From: Azolla caroliniana
Taxonomy: Eukaryota > Plantae > Polypodiophyta
DNA length: 64,000 nucleotides
Assembly: GCA_043228905.1 (NCBI GenBank)
Contig: JBHGNT010000011.1
Location: forward strand, 13,144,001-13,208,000
Direction: 5' to 3'
Position numbers and translations under genes: made by a program. The notes below the pieces were generated by a model, which did no database searches, was not told where the DNA came from, and worked only from the letters and a program-made list of their open reading frames with translations. How positions within the stretch are numbered: position 1 is the stretch's first letter; the number at the start of each line of letters is the position of its first letter. Below are positions 23,841-35,889 of the stretch, piece by piece.

Positions 23841-24752
23841 TCAATCTTCTTTTCCATTTTGCTTTTTAGCCATCTCATCAATGTCTACAACTCCCATCAT
23901 GTTCCGAAACTGTGTATGCTTTTCCACACTCAATCCCTTTGTGAGAATATCAGCAACCTGCTGATTTGTATTCACATACACAAGATCAACTTCTCCTTCA
24001 ATCACTTTTTCTCTAACAAAGTGATAATGCACCTCAATGTGCTTTGTTCTTGCATGGAACACTGGGTTCTTTGCAAGCTGAATGCTGCTCATATTGTCAC
24101 ACCAGATTGTGACAACACCATCTATATATACTCCCAGATCAGCAAGCAATCTTCTGATCCATACTTCTTCACATGTGGCTATTGCAGCCCCTCTATACTC
24201 AGCTTCTGTACTGGACAATGCAACAGTAGCCTGTTTCTTGCTACTCCATGAAATACCTGCACTTCCCAAGGTAAACATGTATCCACTTGTGGATCTCCTG
24301 TCTGTTTGGCTTCCAGCCCAATCAGCATCTGTATATCCTTCCAGATTTATGTCTAGATCAGCCCTGTAAAATAGTCCAAAGTTCTGAGTTGCTTTTACAT
24401 ACCTCAGAATCCTTCTGATGCAGTCCAAATGTGGCTTTGTTGGCTGTTGCATAAACTGGCTGACTAATCCAACAGCATAGCTCAAATCAGGTCTTGTTAT
24501 AGTCAAATAAATAAGGCTGCCCACCATAGACCTGTACATGTTTACATCTTCTATCTTGGCTCCCAAATCAGCCCTCAACTTGCAGTTTTTATCAAGTGGT
24601 ACAGCAATAGGTTTGCATCCAAGCATACCATACTTTTTCAACATAGTTGTTGCATACTGTTTTTGCAACATACATATACCACTTTCAGATCTGATGATTT
24701 CAATACCAAGAAAATATCTCAGATCTCCCAAATCTTTCATATGAAACTGCAT
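23841..24752 (-). CDS. pol: Copia F end of RT and RNase H, downstream of a homopolymer frameshift
   Basis: [26 protein letters not shown]. Confidence 0.92.
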   Translation of the reverse strand: MQFHMKDLGDLRYFLGIEIIRSESGICMLQKQYATTMLKKYGMLGCKPIAVPLDKNCKLRADLGAKIEDVNMYRSMVGSLIYLTITRPDLSYAVGLVSQFMQQPTKPHLDCIRRILRYVKATQNFGLFYRADLDINLEGYTDADWAGSQTDRRSTSGYMFTLGSAGISWSSKKQATVALSSTEAEYRGAAIATCEEVWIRRLLADLGVYIDGVVTIWCDNMSSIQLAKNPVFHARTKHIEVHYHFVREKVIEGEVDLVYVNTNQQVADILTKGLSVEKHTQFRNMMGVVDIDEMAKKQNGKED

Positions 24753-27700
24753 TTCCAGATTTTTTTTTCAACTTTCTTATTTCATCCACGGAATCTCCTC
24801 CAATAATCAAATCATCTACATAAATCAGAATAATAACAATGCAATCATTTTCACTTTTTACATACAAAGAAGGATCAGCTTTTGACATTTTGAAACCAAG
24901 ATTTTTCAGAGAATCTGAAAGTTCTCTGTGCCATGCTCTTGGTGCCTGTTTCAGTCCATAGAGAGCTTTTTTCAGCTTACATACATAATCAGGATGTTTC
25001 TTATCTTCAAAACCTGGTGGTTGACTCATATACACTTCTTCTTCCAAGTTACCATGTAAAAAAGCATTTTTTACATCCATGTGATGCAAAATCCATTTTC
25101 TGGCTGCTCCTACAGCAAGTAGTGTTCTCAAGGTTGCCATCTTTGCAACCGGTGCAAAAGTCTCATCATAATCAATCCCTTGCATCTGAGCATATCCTTT
25201 TGCAACCAATCTTGCTTTATGTCTACTTACATTCCCATTGGAGTCATGCTTTGTCTTGTAGACCCATTTGCAGCCTACCACATTTTTCTCTTTTGGTAAC
25301 TTCACTAAATCCCACGTTTTGTTCTCAGCCAATGCATCAATCTCTTCTTGCATTGCATCCATCCATTTCTTCTCAGATTTTGCTTCTTCAAAGCTGTTTG
25401 GGTCAGGGATCTGTACCACCTTAGACATATATGCATAGTGCATAGCCATATATGTATCATACCCAAATCTTTCCACAGTCTTTTTCTCTCTATCTGATCT
25501 TCTCAGTTTCTGATTTGCATTCTTTATTGCCTTTTCCATACCAGGGATTTTCATTTCCTGTATTCCAAGGAAATCATCCAAAGACATATCTGAATCTTCA
25601 TCTTCCATGTTTTTTGATAGGTCATCCGGGATTTCATACTCTGGCATTTTCTGTTTTCCTTTTTTGTCATCAGATTTTTTCTGTCCAGTTTTTCCACTCC
25701 ATGAATTTGAATCAGATTTACCATCTGAGCTTTTTGATGGTCCAGAACATTCTGTTGATGTTGGACTTTGCTGTCCAACCTTGTCTCCATCTCTGTGACA
25801 GTCTTCTACATTTTCTGATCTGTCTTTGTCTTCATTTTGACAGTCTTCATCAGTCTCTAGATTCTGTTTTGGGCTGTACCAACTAGCCAACTCATCAAAT
25901 ATCACATCTCGACTTGTCACAATCTTTTTAGTCACAGGGTTATAACATCTGTACCCTTTTTGTTCTTCTGAATATCCAACAAAGATACATTTTTCTGCTT
26001 TTGGATCCAACTTACTTCTTACTTCTGCAGGCACATGTACATATGCAAGGCATCCAAACACTTTCAAGTGTTGTAAGCTAGGCTTCCTGCCATAAAAACA
26101 CTCTTCAGGAGTTGCCTCATGTACTCCTGATGTAATACATCTATTTAAAATGTAATTTGCTGTATTTACAGCTTCTGCCCAATAGTATAATGGCATGTTC
26201 TTCTCAGTCATCATTGCCCTTGCTATGTTCACCAAAGTTCTGTTTTTCCTCTCAGCAACTCCATTTTGCTGTGGAGTATATCGGCATGTGAACTGTCTTC
26301 TTATTCCCTGATTACACAAAAAATCAGAAAATTCATTGGAGAAATACTCTCCTCCTCCATCAGATCTCAAACATTTTATCCTTGTACCAGCCTGCTTTTC
26401 TACCATGCATTTAAACTTACGAAAGCGGTCAAATACTTCACTTTTCTCCTTCATGAAGTACACCCATGTCTTCCGTGAACAATCATCAATAAATGTAACA
26501 TAAAATCTGCATCCACCAATAGATGCATTCTTTGTTGGTCCCCATACATCTGTATGTACCAAATCCAACAGATTTTTGCTTACATGTCTCTCATGAGGGA
26601 ATGGCAACCTGTTTTGCTTACCATATTGACATGCTTCACATACTTTTCCCATTTCACACTTTTTCAAGTTTGGCAGTCCAGCCACTGCATCTTTTCTCAA
26701 CATATTCTTTAATGTTTGCATACTTATATGGCCAATCCTTTTATGCCACATTTCCACATCTGAGATTACACTCGTTCCATTTGCAAACATGGCTGAAATC
26801 TGTTTGGGCATTTCTACATCCAAGATAAACATTCTTCCTTGTCTCTTCCCTTTTGCAATGAGCTTCCCATTCTTTTCTATATAGCATCCACTTTGCTTAA
26901 ACTTCACTTGCATACCTTGCTCTACAATCTGTCCAACAGAAATCAGATTCTTAGCAAAGTTTGGAACATGCATCACATTCAACATATACTTGGTTTTTCC
27001 TTTTTCTTCCCACAATGGGATATCTCCAACATGTTTTATTTGGTGAGTTGTGTCATCACCTGTTTGTACATAACCAGGAACCTCTGGTTCTCTTAAACTC
27101 TCAAACCAATTTGCATGTCCAGTCATATGGTTAGATGCCCCCGAGTCTACATACCACGTAAACTCTTCATTACATTTCTGTGAGCTTTCAGCCACTGCTG
27201 CTATCTCATGTTGCACTACAAAACCACCTTCCTTTTCACAATCTTCACTAGTAGAGGCATAGTTACTCTGTTGTCCTTTTCCTCTTTTCTCATCATTTTG
27301 TTTCTTGTAACATTCAGCCTGTGTATGGCCTGGTTTACCACAATACCAGCAGCCATCATCATTTACATAAGTTTGCTTACCTCTACTTCGGTTGCTCCCC
27401 CTGCCTCTGTTGTTGTTTCCTCCTCTATGAGCTTGTTGTCCTCTTCCTTGAAAGCCATTATTATTGGTTCTTCCTGAGCCAAATCTTCCATGGCCTCTTC
27501 CTCGGCCTCTTCCGACATTATTATAGAGGGCTTGCCCCTCGTTCTCTGAGTTTCCTTTATTTGCATCATCCATCTGATTCCTTTCCTCTACCACAAGCAT
27601 TGAGACCAGATCTGAAAAACTTGGGGTACTATCCCTTGTGAGCATAGAAGTTTTAAAACTCTTGTATTGAGGTCCTAAGCCTCTTAAGCATATTTCCACT

Positions 27701-28167
27701 TTGTCATCATCTTCTATCTTCACATTTATAGAAGCAAGTGATTCACATATACTCTTGATTTTTAGGGCATACTCATTTATTGACATCTTACCTTTCTCCA
27801 AGGTATTTAGCTCAGTCTTTAACTGGAGCTTTCTAGCCTTTGTGTTCACAGCAAACAGTTTTACCAAGTTGTCCCAAGCTTCTTTTGGGAGCATAGCATC
27901 CTGTATGTGCCCAAGCATCGAATCTGAGATGCTAAGTGAGAGCCAATGCATTACCTTCCTTGCCCCTTGATTCCAATCTTTGAATGCCTTAATATGTGCA
28001 GCTGTTGCATTCTCTTCTGGGATCTCTGGAGCCTCTTCTAGGTCTCCTTCAATGTAATCCCAGTATCCTTTCCCCATCAGAAAGTTTGTCATTCTGAATT
28101 TCCACGCCGGGAAATTGTTTTTATCTAATTTCTCTGTGACCATTTGGCCTACATTCTCTGCAGCCAT
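24700..28167 (-). CDS. gag-pol: Copia F Gag-PR-INT-RT polyprotein (1155 aa)
   Basis: CWYCGKPGHTQAEC, WYVDSGASNH, LVHTDVWGP, LRSDGGGEY, YVDDL; frame shifts at the T9 run 24760-24768. Confidence 0.95.
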   Translation of the reverse strand: MAAENVGQMVTEKLDKNNFPAWKFRMTNFLMGKGYWDYIEGDLEEAPEIPEENATAAHIKAFKDWNQGARKVMHWLSLSISDSMLGHIQDAMLPKEAWDNLVKLFAVNTKARKLQLKTELNTLEKGKMSINEYALKIKSICESLASINVKIEDDDKVEICLRGLGPQYKSFKTSMLTRDSTPSFSDLVSMLVVEERNQMDDANKGNSENEGQALYNNVGRGRGRGHGRFGSGRTNNNGFQGRGQQAHRGGNNNRGRGSNRSRGKQTYVNDDGCWYCGKPGHTQAECYKKQNDEKRGKGQQSNYASTSEDCEKEGGFVVQHEIAAVAESSQKCNEEFTWYVDSGASNHMTGHANWFESLREPEVPGYVQTGDDTTHQIKHVGDIPLWEEKGKTKYMLNVMHVPNFAKNLISVGQIVEQGMQVKFKQSGCYIEKNGKLIAKGKRQGRMFILDVEMPKQISAMFANGTSVISDVEMWHKRIGHISMQTLKNMLRKDAVAGLPNLKKCEMGKVCEACQYGKQNRLPFPHERHVSKNLLDLVHTDVWGPTKNASIGGCRFYVTFIDDCSRKTWVYFMKEKSEVFDRFRKFKCMVEKQAGTRIKCLRSDGGGEYFSNEFSDFLCNQGIRRQFTCRYTPQQNGVAERKNRTLVNIARAMMTEKNMPLYYWAEAVNTANYILNRCITSGVHEATPEECFYGRKPSLQHLKVFGCLAYVHVPAEVRSKLDPKAEKCIFVGYSEEQKGYRCYNPVTKKIVTSRDVIFDELASWYSPKQNLETDEDCQNEDKDRSENVEDCHRDGDKVGQQSPTSTECSGPSKSSDGKSDSNSWSGKTGQKKSDDKKGKQKMPEYEIPDDLSKNMEDEDSDMSLDDFLGIQEMKIPGMEKAIKNANQKLRRSDREKKTVERFGYDTYMAMHYAYMSKVVQIPDPNSFEEAKSEKKWMDAMQEEIDALAENKTWDLVKLPKEKNVVGCKWVYKTKHDSNGNVSRHKARLVAKGYAQMQGIDYDETFAPVAKMATLRTLLAVGAARKWILHHMDVKNAFLHGNLEEEVYMSQPPGFEDKKHPDYVCKLKKALYGLKQAPRAWHRELSDSLKNLGFKMSKADPSLYVKSENDCIVIILIYVDDLIIGGDSVDEIRKLKKKSGNAVSYERFGRSEIFSWY

Positions 28168-28310
28168 TTTTTTCTTCCAAAAAACCAGGGTTTTGCTTTA
28201 GTTACTTCAACAAGTAACTTTCTGATTTCTGATCAGCAACCAGAGAAATAACTTTCTCAGATTAAGGCAGTGCTATACTCTTCCTTACGAGCTACAGTGC
28301 TCTGATACCA

Positions 28311-28778
28311 TGTTAAGAAAACGTGAAGAAGGCACTCGGGCTCTTCTTATGTATGCGCGGCGGATCGTAGTGTGCTGGATCGTTAGCGTGCTCTAAACAG
28401 ACAGAGAAAGGAAAGGGGACTTACCTCTGTAGTAGCAAAATGGTTTTCTTCTATTACATGTAGAGCTCAACTTGCTCTCGTCAGTCTTCTGGTCTCTCAC
28501 TCTCTCTCAGAGTTCTCTACTCACTATTCTCTGTTTTTTCTTACTACTTACTTCCTATTCACTCTTACTTACTTTTACCTAAGTCATAAGTTATTACACA
28601 TGCAGCTAATTAGCTGCCAGTAGCTAATTAGCTGTCAGTCGCTAAATAGCTGTTCACTAGCTAATTAGCTGTCACTAGCTAAATAGCTGTTTTACCTTTT
28701 TGTTCACTAGTAGCTAAATAGCTACTATAGCTTATTTCTCATAAGCATCACATACCATGTTGAGCTTGCTTCTCAACA
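28311..28778 (-). repeat. 5' LTR of Copia F
   Basis: Adjacent to PBS TGGTATCAGAGC. Confidence 0.96.
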
Positions 28779-28809
28779 AAGCTTGTATCTCAACACTCCC
28801 CCTCAAGCT

Positions 28810-31800
28810 CAACTTGAGGTTCCATCCGCTCTTCCGGATCTACGTTCTGGTTCCTCCTGGCTCCACGCCTTGCTCGCACTCCTCGACCTGTTCGATTCCG
28901 CGCTCCTCAACCCTTTCAGTCGGCTTGTCTGCTCACATAGCCCTTCTCAGCTTCCTTGCTATTGCGGTGTTGGCGCCTCTTCTGCTGCCTTCTCTTCCGC
29001 TTGGCCCTTGGTTGATTTAGCGTATCTGAATCAAACATCCGAGTTGGCTGTCTCCAACTCATCTTCGGTCTTCTCACCCTTGACGACGTCATCTCCCCCA
29101 TGTTGGGTTGGCTTCGACTCTTTCTTTCGGCTGTTCCCCTAATGTCCGCTTCCGGACTCTTCCGCGGATCTGCCCTCGGCTTCTTTAGCCGATCCGAAGT
29201 CGAATTCGTCATCCGACTCGGCATCACGGTCTTTTCCGCTCCTTTCCTGCTCCCTTCCGTGGTCATCCGGGACGTCTCTCCCCCTCAAATTCGGCACGTC
29301 GAGGTGACGCAACCCAAGCGCACCTGAGAATTGCCGCAACTTGTCCAGACCAAGAGGCTTGGTGAAAATATCGGCGTGGTGTTGATCCGTTGCAACATAC
29401 TAAAGTTCGACTTCACCAGAAAGGACACGCTCACGGACAAAATGGTAGTGCACCTCAATGTGCTTGGTCTGTGCGTGGAAAATGGGGTTCTTCGCGAGGT
29501 GGATGCTGCTGAGGTTGTTGCAGTAGATCGGCGTCGGATCAGACACCTCCTCTTGTAGGTCCCTAAGTAGCCGCTTCAACCATATGGCTTTGCATGTCGT
29601 GACAACCACTCCTTTATACTCGGCTTTGGTGCTCGACAGTGAAACTGTTGGCTGCTTCTTACTACTCCACACGATCACAACACTCCCGAGAGAGAACGTG
29701 AAACCGGATGTGGATCGGCGATAGGAGACGTTGCTGACCCAGTCGGCATCGGTGTAGCCGACCAATTGCGGGGCTGTATCAGACCGATATAGTAGCCCCC
29801 GGTCCTCAGTGCCACTAACATACCAGAGTACGTGTTGTGCGCACTGAAGGTGTTCCTCAGTCGGTTGCGCCATGAACTGACTAATCACCCCGACCGGGTA
29901 GCTGACATCTAGTCGGGTGATGGTCAAGTATATAAGGTTGCCGACTATCTATTGGAACCTCGTCGGGTCGCATACCTTTCCGAACTCGGGGCGAAGCTTG
30001 ACGGTTCTATCCAGAGGAGTCGAGACGGACTTACAGTCGGCCATCCCGAATTTGAGAGCATACTCAACACATAATGGCATTGGCTGATCAATATGCCTTC
30101 GGGCGTACGGATCACTTTGATCCCGAGGAAGTAATGAGGATTCCCCAGATCCTTCATGTCAAACGATGCCGCAAGCTGGAGTTTCACACGGTCGATTTCA
30201 TCAAGGTCAGCGCCGGTGATGACCAAGTCATCAGCATATAGTAAAATACTGACCGGACCGAGTCGACCTTTCCGGATGAACAGGGAAGAGTCGGATTTTG
30301 ATGTTGCAAAGCCCATCAGACGCAGTTGCTGTGTGATCTTCGCATTCCAGGCACTTGAGGCTTGCTTCAATCCGTAAAGGGACTTCTTCAATCGGCACAC
30401 TGCCGACGTGTTCGTTTCGGAGTCAAATCCGGGGGGTTGTACCATGTACACCTGTTCCTCAAACTCACCTTGCAGGAATGCATTCTTTACATCCATCTGA
30501 TGAGCAAAACACGGATGATCGTCATCTTCGCGACCGGCGCAAATGTCTCATCGTAGTCGATGTCGTGTTTCTGTGCGTAGCGTTTTGCCACTAACTGGGC
30601 CTTGTATCGGTTGACCGAGCCGTCGGTGTTGTACTTGACCTTGTACACCCACCTACATCCGATCGGCTTCACACCCTTCGGTGCGTCAACTAGGTCCCAG
30701 GTCTCATTTTCCTCCAATGCGTGCATCTCTTCCTCCATCACGGCGTGCCAATTCGCGTCCTTAGCCTCTTCTGCATAGCTCTCTGGCTCACGCACTTCCG
30801 CTACATGGGTCATGTACGCATAATGATGCGCCATGTACTCGTTGTATCAGAACCGCACAATTGGGTTCTTCTGGCGGGTAGATCAGCGTAATTGCTCATT
30901 TGCCGATGTTGAGGCTTTCTTGGCCGACGCGGACTTCGGTCTCGAAGACCCGTCGTCACTTCCCTCGGAGTTGGACTTGTGTCGATCCGACTCGTTCCTT
31001 TCCGTGCCGTAATCCGACACCTTCTTCTTCCCTTTTTCTTTGCACGTAAGCCGTCTCCTCGGCTTCCTGCGTGGGGAATGCATGATTGAGTCTCCACTAC
31101 TTGTCGGCTCTTCATCGGACTGGTCGAACTGACTCAGTCGTCCATGCGGTCCGCTTAAGCAAACCAAAGTCGGACTCTCTTCGCGGGTCCTGACTTCAGG
31201 CTCATCCGGAGGCATCTCGGCCTCGTTGACCTCATCGTCAAAACTCGGATTGGAGGTGAGGTCCGGAGTCGGAGGCAAGTACCAGGATGCGGACTCATCA
31301 AACACAACATCGCAGCTCACACGCGCTTGTTTGGTGCACGGGTTATAACACTTATAACCTTTCCACTCGTCTAAGTAACTGACCAAGATACATTTCTCAT
31401 CCTTTGCGTCCAACTTCCTCCGTTTCTCCTTTGGCACATGCACATACGCAGTGTTACCGAAAAATCGTAAGTGTCGCAAGTTCGACTTCGTTCTGAAATA
31501 TAGCTCATGCGCCGACGCTTTGTCTCCGATCTGGTTCTGGATGTATATCGCGGTCCTTACCGCCTTGGCCTAGTAGAACTTGGGCAAGCTCTTCTCCTCC
31601 AGCATTGCCTGTGCCGCTTCCACAACCGACCGATTTTTCCTCTCGGCCACGCCGTTTTGCTCCGGCGTGTATCTACAATGAAATTCGCGCCGAATTCCCA
31701 TCTGTTGTAGATAACTGTTGAATTGACCGGAAAAGTATTCTTTTCCGCCATCCGACCATAGGCACTTGATCTTTCTTCCTGTTTCTATTTCCACGGACCC

Positions 31801-33522
31801 TTTGAGGTCCCGGAAATAGACGAAGACTTCGCTCTTCCTCTCAATGAGGTAGATCCACGTGTGCCGCGTGTAGTCGTCGATGAAGGAGACGAAATATCAG
31901 CTCCCGCCAAGACTAACGTTTTGTGCCGGTCCCCACACATCGAAGTGTATCAAGTCGAGCTTGTTCCGGCTCCGGTTACGCTCGTTGGGGAAAGGAAGTC
32001 AGTGTTGCTTCCCAAGCTGGCAGGTTTCACAAATTTGTGCCTTCCGGCCACTAAATTTGGGCAATCCGAACACCACTTGTTTCGATTGTAGGTCTTGAAG
32101 CTGCTGGTAGTTGACGTGGCCTATCCGCTTGTGCCATAAGTCGATGTCCGACTTGACTTTTTGTCCCTTCGCGAACATTGTGGTGCCACCGTCACTAGAG
32201 TCTAGGATAAACGTCCTCCTGTCTCTATGCCCTTGCGCAATAACTCGGCCTTCTTCCTCGATGAAGCACCCGAGATGGGTGAACCGGACTTGCATCCCCT
32301 GGTTGACGATTTGCCTGATCGACACCATATTCTTCGTAATTGTTGGGACGTGTAGCACGTTCGTATGTTTCCCTTTTTGCCTGACATTCGCAATCGGATG
32401 CGGAGTGTCGTCTCCGGTTGCGACTACTCCAGGTTGCATTGGTTTTTCCAGGTACGAGAACCACTCCTCGTGGAACGTCATGTGGTTTGATGCGCCAGAG
32501 TCGACGTGCCACACCTCCTCCGACTTCGGGGTGATCTTCTTCATCGACTTTGCTTCGTGTCTCATCATGAAGACTGACCCTTTTTCAGCTTCTCCGGATC
32601 CTTCGACGTAGTGCGATCGTTGTCGATTTCCTTTGTCGGTCTGTCTGGAACCTGATCCGGACCCGGTTCTCTCCGAATCGGTGCGCTTTTTCCAGCACTC
32701 GCTCTCCCTATGGCCTTTCTTGCCACAGTACCAACATTCCGCGATGGATTTCCCTTGCCGGTTCTCGTCGCTTCGACTCCCCCTGTTTCCGGAGGGTCCA
32801 AAATTGCTGTCGGCATCATTTTGGTGCCTCCTTCCTTGATCTCGTCGGCCGCCTCCATTGCGCACCGACTCGCCTTGTCCTTCACGTCCATGGGGCCTAT
32901 CTCCCTCCATGTACAACATCTTGTTGTCGGTGTACGTGCTCGTTGACCCACCCGCGTGGTTCTCCTCTACCAGGAGCATCGACTGTAAGTCGAAAAAGGA
33001 CGGCATGTTCTCCCGGGTACACACAACAGTTTCGAACGCCCCGAACTTCGACGCCAAACCCCCGAGACAGACCTGGACCATCTCGCTTTCCTTGATGTTC
33101 ACATCGATGGAAGTTAAGGAGTTGCATATGTCCTTGATCATCGAGGTATAGTCAGCCACCGACAAATCGCGTTATCATAGGTCGCTCAACTCATGTCGGA
33201 GCTGAAGCTTCCTGGCTGTGGTGCTCGCGGTGAAGATCTTTTTCAGATTTTCCCATGCACCCGTCAACGTTTTTGCATCCCGAACGTAGCTTAATTGTTG
33301 TTCGCCCACACAGGACGCGAAGTAGTATAGTACTTTGCTCGCCGACAGTTTCTACACCGGGAAATCTTTGTGTGTCGATTCGGGTGCTGCGTCATTTGCT
33401 CTATCGACATAGCTCTAGTAATTGTGCCCGAGTAGGTACTGGTGCATCTTGTAGGACCAAGATGCATAGTTGTTTCTGTCGAGCTTCTCCGTCGGAAGCG
33501 ACCTAACCATGCCTCTATCCAT
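28810..33522 (-). pseudogene. gag-pol: Copia E gag-pol, many stops and frameshifts
   Basis: ORFs 31999-33165 (gag, knuckle, PR), 31570-31794, 30883-31479, 29945-30834 (RT), 29400-29927 (RH). Confidence 0.9.
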
Positions 33523-33606
33523 CGGTTTTACCTGTTCTTCTTGGTTAGTTTTTCTTTTCAAGCTATGTCGACTGCAAAGGTTCTCAACCCTCGTGCTCTA
33601 ATACCA

Positions 33607-34044
33607 TGTGAAAGATTATTTGCGGAAGCAATAGAAAATGAACATAGAGAAAATACGCAGATTTAATGGAGGGCTTGAATATACACAGTACGCGGGAGAG
33701 ACAGAGAGAGAACACGAAAAGAAATCAATTTCAAAAAATACGAACTCTGTACTTACATTGTGCTAAGTGAGCACCTTTTATACAAGCCCTGACAATGGGC
33801 TGACACAAGTACTGACAATACTTGACTGCTCATAAATGAGCCTCGACACTCACTCCCAAAATTATTCCTTTACGAGGAATATCTCTCTAACACCCTTTCG
33901 GTTTACGCACTGATACGACCTTTCGTTACGCACCAGTTTATGCATCCGTTTTACGCACCGGTCCGGCCTAACCGATCAGTCCCAACCGATCCGGTCCTCG
34001 GCTTGCTTAGCCGATCCGGCCAATGTTGAGCTTGTATCTCAACA
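33607..34044 (-). repeat. 5' LTR of Copia E
   Basis: Direct repeat of 22896-23332 plus 28784-28795. Confidence 0.92.
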
Positions 34045-34049
34045 TATTT

Positions 34050-35537
34050 CACCTTATAGACCCATCTACATCCGATCGGCTTTACACCTTTCAGTATGTC
34101 AACCAGGTCCCAAATCTCATTGTCCGTTAAACCGCGCATCTCTTCCTCCATTGCGGCACACCAATTTTCGTCTTTTGCCTCTTCTGCGTAGCTCTCTGGC
34201 TCACACACTTCCGCCACTCGTGTCATGTACGCGTAATGGTACGCCATGTATTTATTGTACCCTTACCTCTTTACGGGGTTTGTCAAGCGGGTAGATCGGC
34301 GTAATTCGTGATTACCTGATTTCACGGCCGTTTCAGCCGATTTCGACTTCTTCCGTGGAGATTCTTTTTCGATTGGCCCGAAATCAGACTCGCTCCAATC
34401 AGACTCGACATTGTCGAAATCGTATTCCGACTTTTTGTTCTTCCCTTTTTCTTTACGCGTAAACCATCTCCTCGGTTCTTTACGTGGGGATAACACGACC
34501 GAGTCTCCACTACTCGCTAGCTCTTCATTTGGTTGGCCATCTTGGCCCAACCCCTCATTTGGCCCACTCAACCGAAATGAGATCGGACTCTTTGTCAGAG
34601 CTCCGATTTCCTCTTCATGAGGAGGCAGCTCGGCCTCGCTGACCTCTTCTTCAGAATTCAGAATGGAGTCATGAGGTATTGGAGGTGAAGGCAAATACAA
34701 CGAAGTGGACTTGTCGAACACGACATCTCGGCTTATGCGGACTTCCTTCGTTCGGGGGTTATAGCACTTATACCATTTTTGTTCGTCTGAATAACCGACT
34801 AAGATGCACTTTTCGGCTTTAGCATCCAACTTCCTTTGTTTCTCCTTCGGCACATGCACATACGTAATATTGCTGAAAATCCTCAAGTGTGCCAAGTTCG
34901 GCGTCACTCCTCCATTAGCAGAGGTCTGATTCTGCAAGTAAACTGTTGTCCTTACGGTTTTAACCCAGTAAAACTTCGGTATATGCTTCTCTTCAAGCAT
35001 TGCCCTGGCGGCTTCTTCGATTGTTCGATTCTTCTGCTCGGTTACGCCGTTCTGCTCCAGCGTATATCTACACGAGAATTTGCATCGAATTCCCTCCTTT
35101 TGTAGGTAACTCGTGAACTAGTTGGAAAAGTACTCCTTCCCGCCATCGGACCGTACGCACGTGTAATCGGCTACCGACATGTCCTTCTGTCGTACATTGC
35201 TCAACTGTTATTGGAGTTGCATCTTCTGGGCCGTAGTGCTTGCCGCGAAAACCTTCTTCAGGATTCCCCAAGCTTCTTTTGGCGTCTTGGCATCTCGAAC
35301 ATGGCTCAACAACTGGTCTTCGACACTGGACACAAAGCAGTTCATCACTTTGCTTGTCGCTTGTTCCCACACTGGGAAGTCCTTGTGTGCCGCATCAGGT
35401 GTTGTGTCATTAGCTCCGTTGACATAGCTCTAGTAACCATGCCCAAGTAGGTACTTGTGCATCTTGTATGACCAAGATGCGTAGTTGGATCTGTTGAGCT
35501 TCTCCACTGGGAGCGAGCTAGCCATTCCTCTGTCCAT
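34050..35537 (-). pseudogene. gag-pol: Unit Y of D: Gag N-terminus fused by deletion (about 35160) to integrase and start of RT
   Basis: EKLNRSNYASWSYKM gag start; RSDGGKEY integrase; ORF 34263-35000. Confidence 0.82.
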
Positions 35538-35629
35538 CACTTCTCTTTCTGTTCTTACCAGGTTTTAGGGTTTGTCTTCAGATGCTGATGTCCGCTGCAG
35601 AGGTTCTCAACCCTCGCGCTCTGATACCA

Positions 35630-35876
35630 TGTAAAAACGAAGGTGGGTTTAGGGAAAGAGGACTGAAAGAAGGTGGGTTCACACGAGCGTCTGACACTAA
35701 CTACGAGACATTAACTACCTAGTAGTCTAGGCTACTACTAGGCTTCCGGTTACTGCTGGATCCGGCTAACTGGCTCCGCAGCTCACCGGCTCACTGATCC
35801 GGCTCATCCTTTTGGATGCCGATCTGGCTCGGGATTATTCAGCCAATCTGGATCCGGTTGAGCTTGCTGCTCAACA
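35630..35876 (-). repeat. Internal LTR with a PBS on one side (35618-35629) and a PPT on the other (35877-35886)
   Basis: TG..CA; resembles the Copia A LTR (AGCCTAGTAGTAGCCTAGACTACTAGGTA) more than the outer D LTRs. Confidence 0.85.
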
Positions 35877-35889
35877 CTCCCCCTCAAGC

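Larger units (their letters stand above)
23333..28778 (-). mobile_element. Young, near-intact Ty1/Copia element F
   Basis: 468-bp LTRs 23333-23800 and 28311-28778 with two differences seen; TSD AAGCT; PBS 28299-28310; PPT 23801-23810. Confidence 0.97.
22896..34044 (-). mobile_element. Ty1/Copia element E, degenerate; 3' LTR interrupted by F
   Basis: LTRs 22896-23332 plus 28784-28795, and 33607-34044; TSD TATTT; PBS-like 33595-33606; PPT 28796-28805. Confidence 0.93.
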
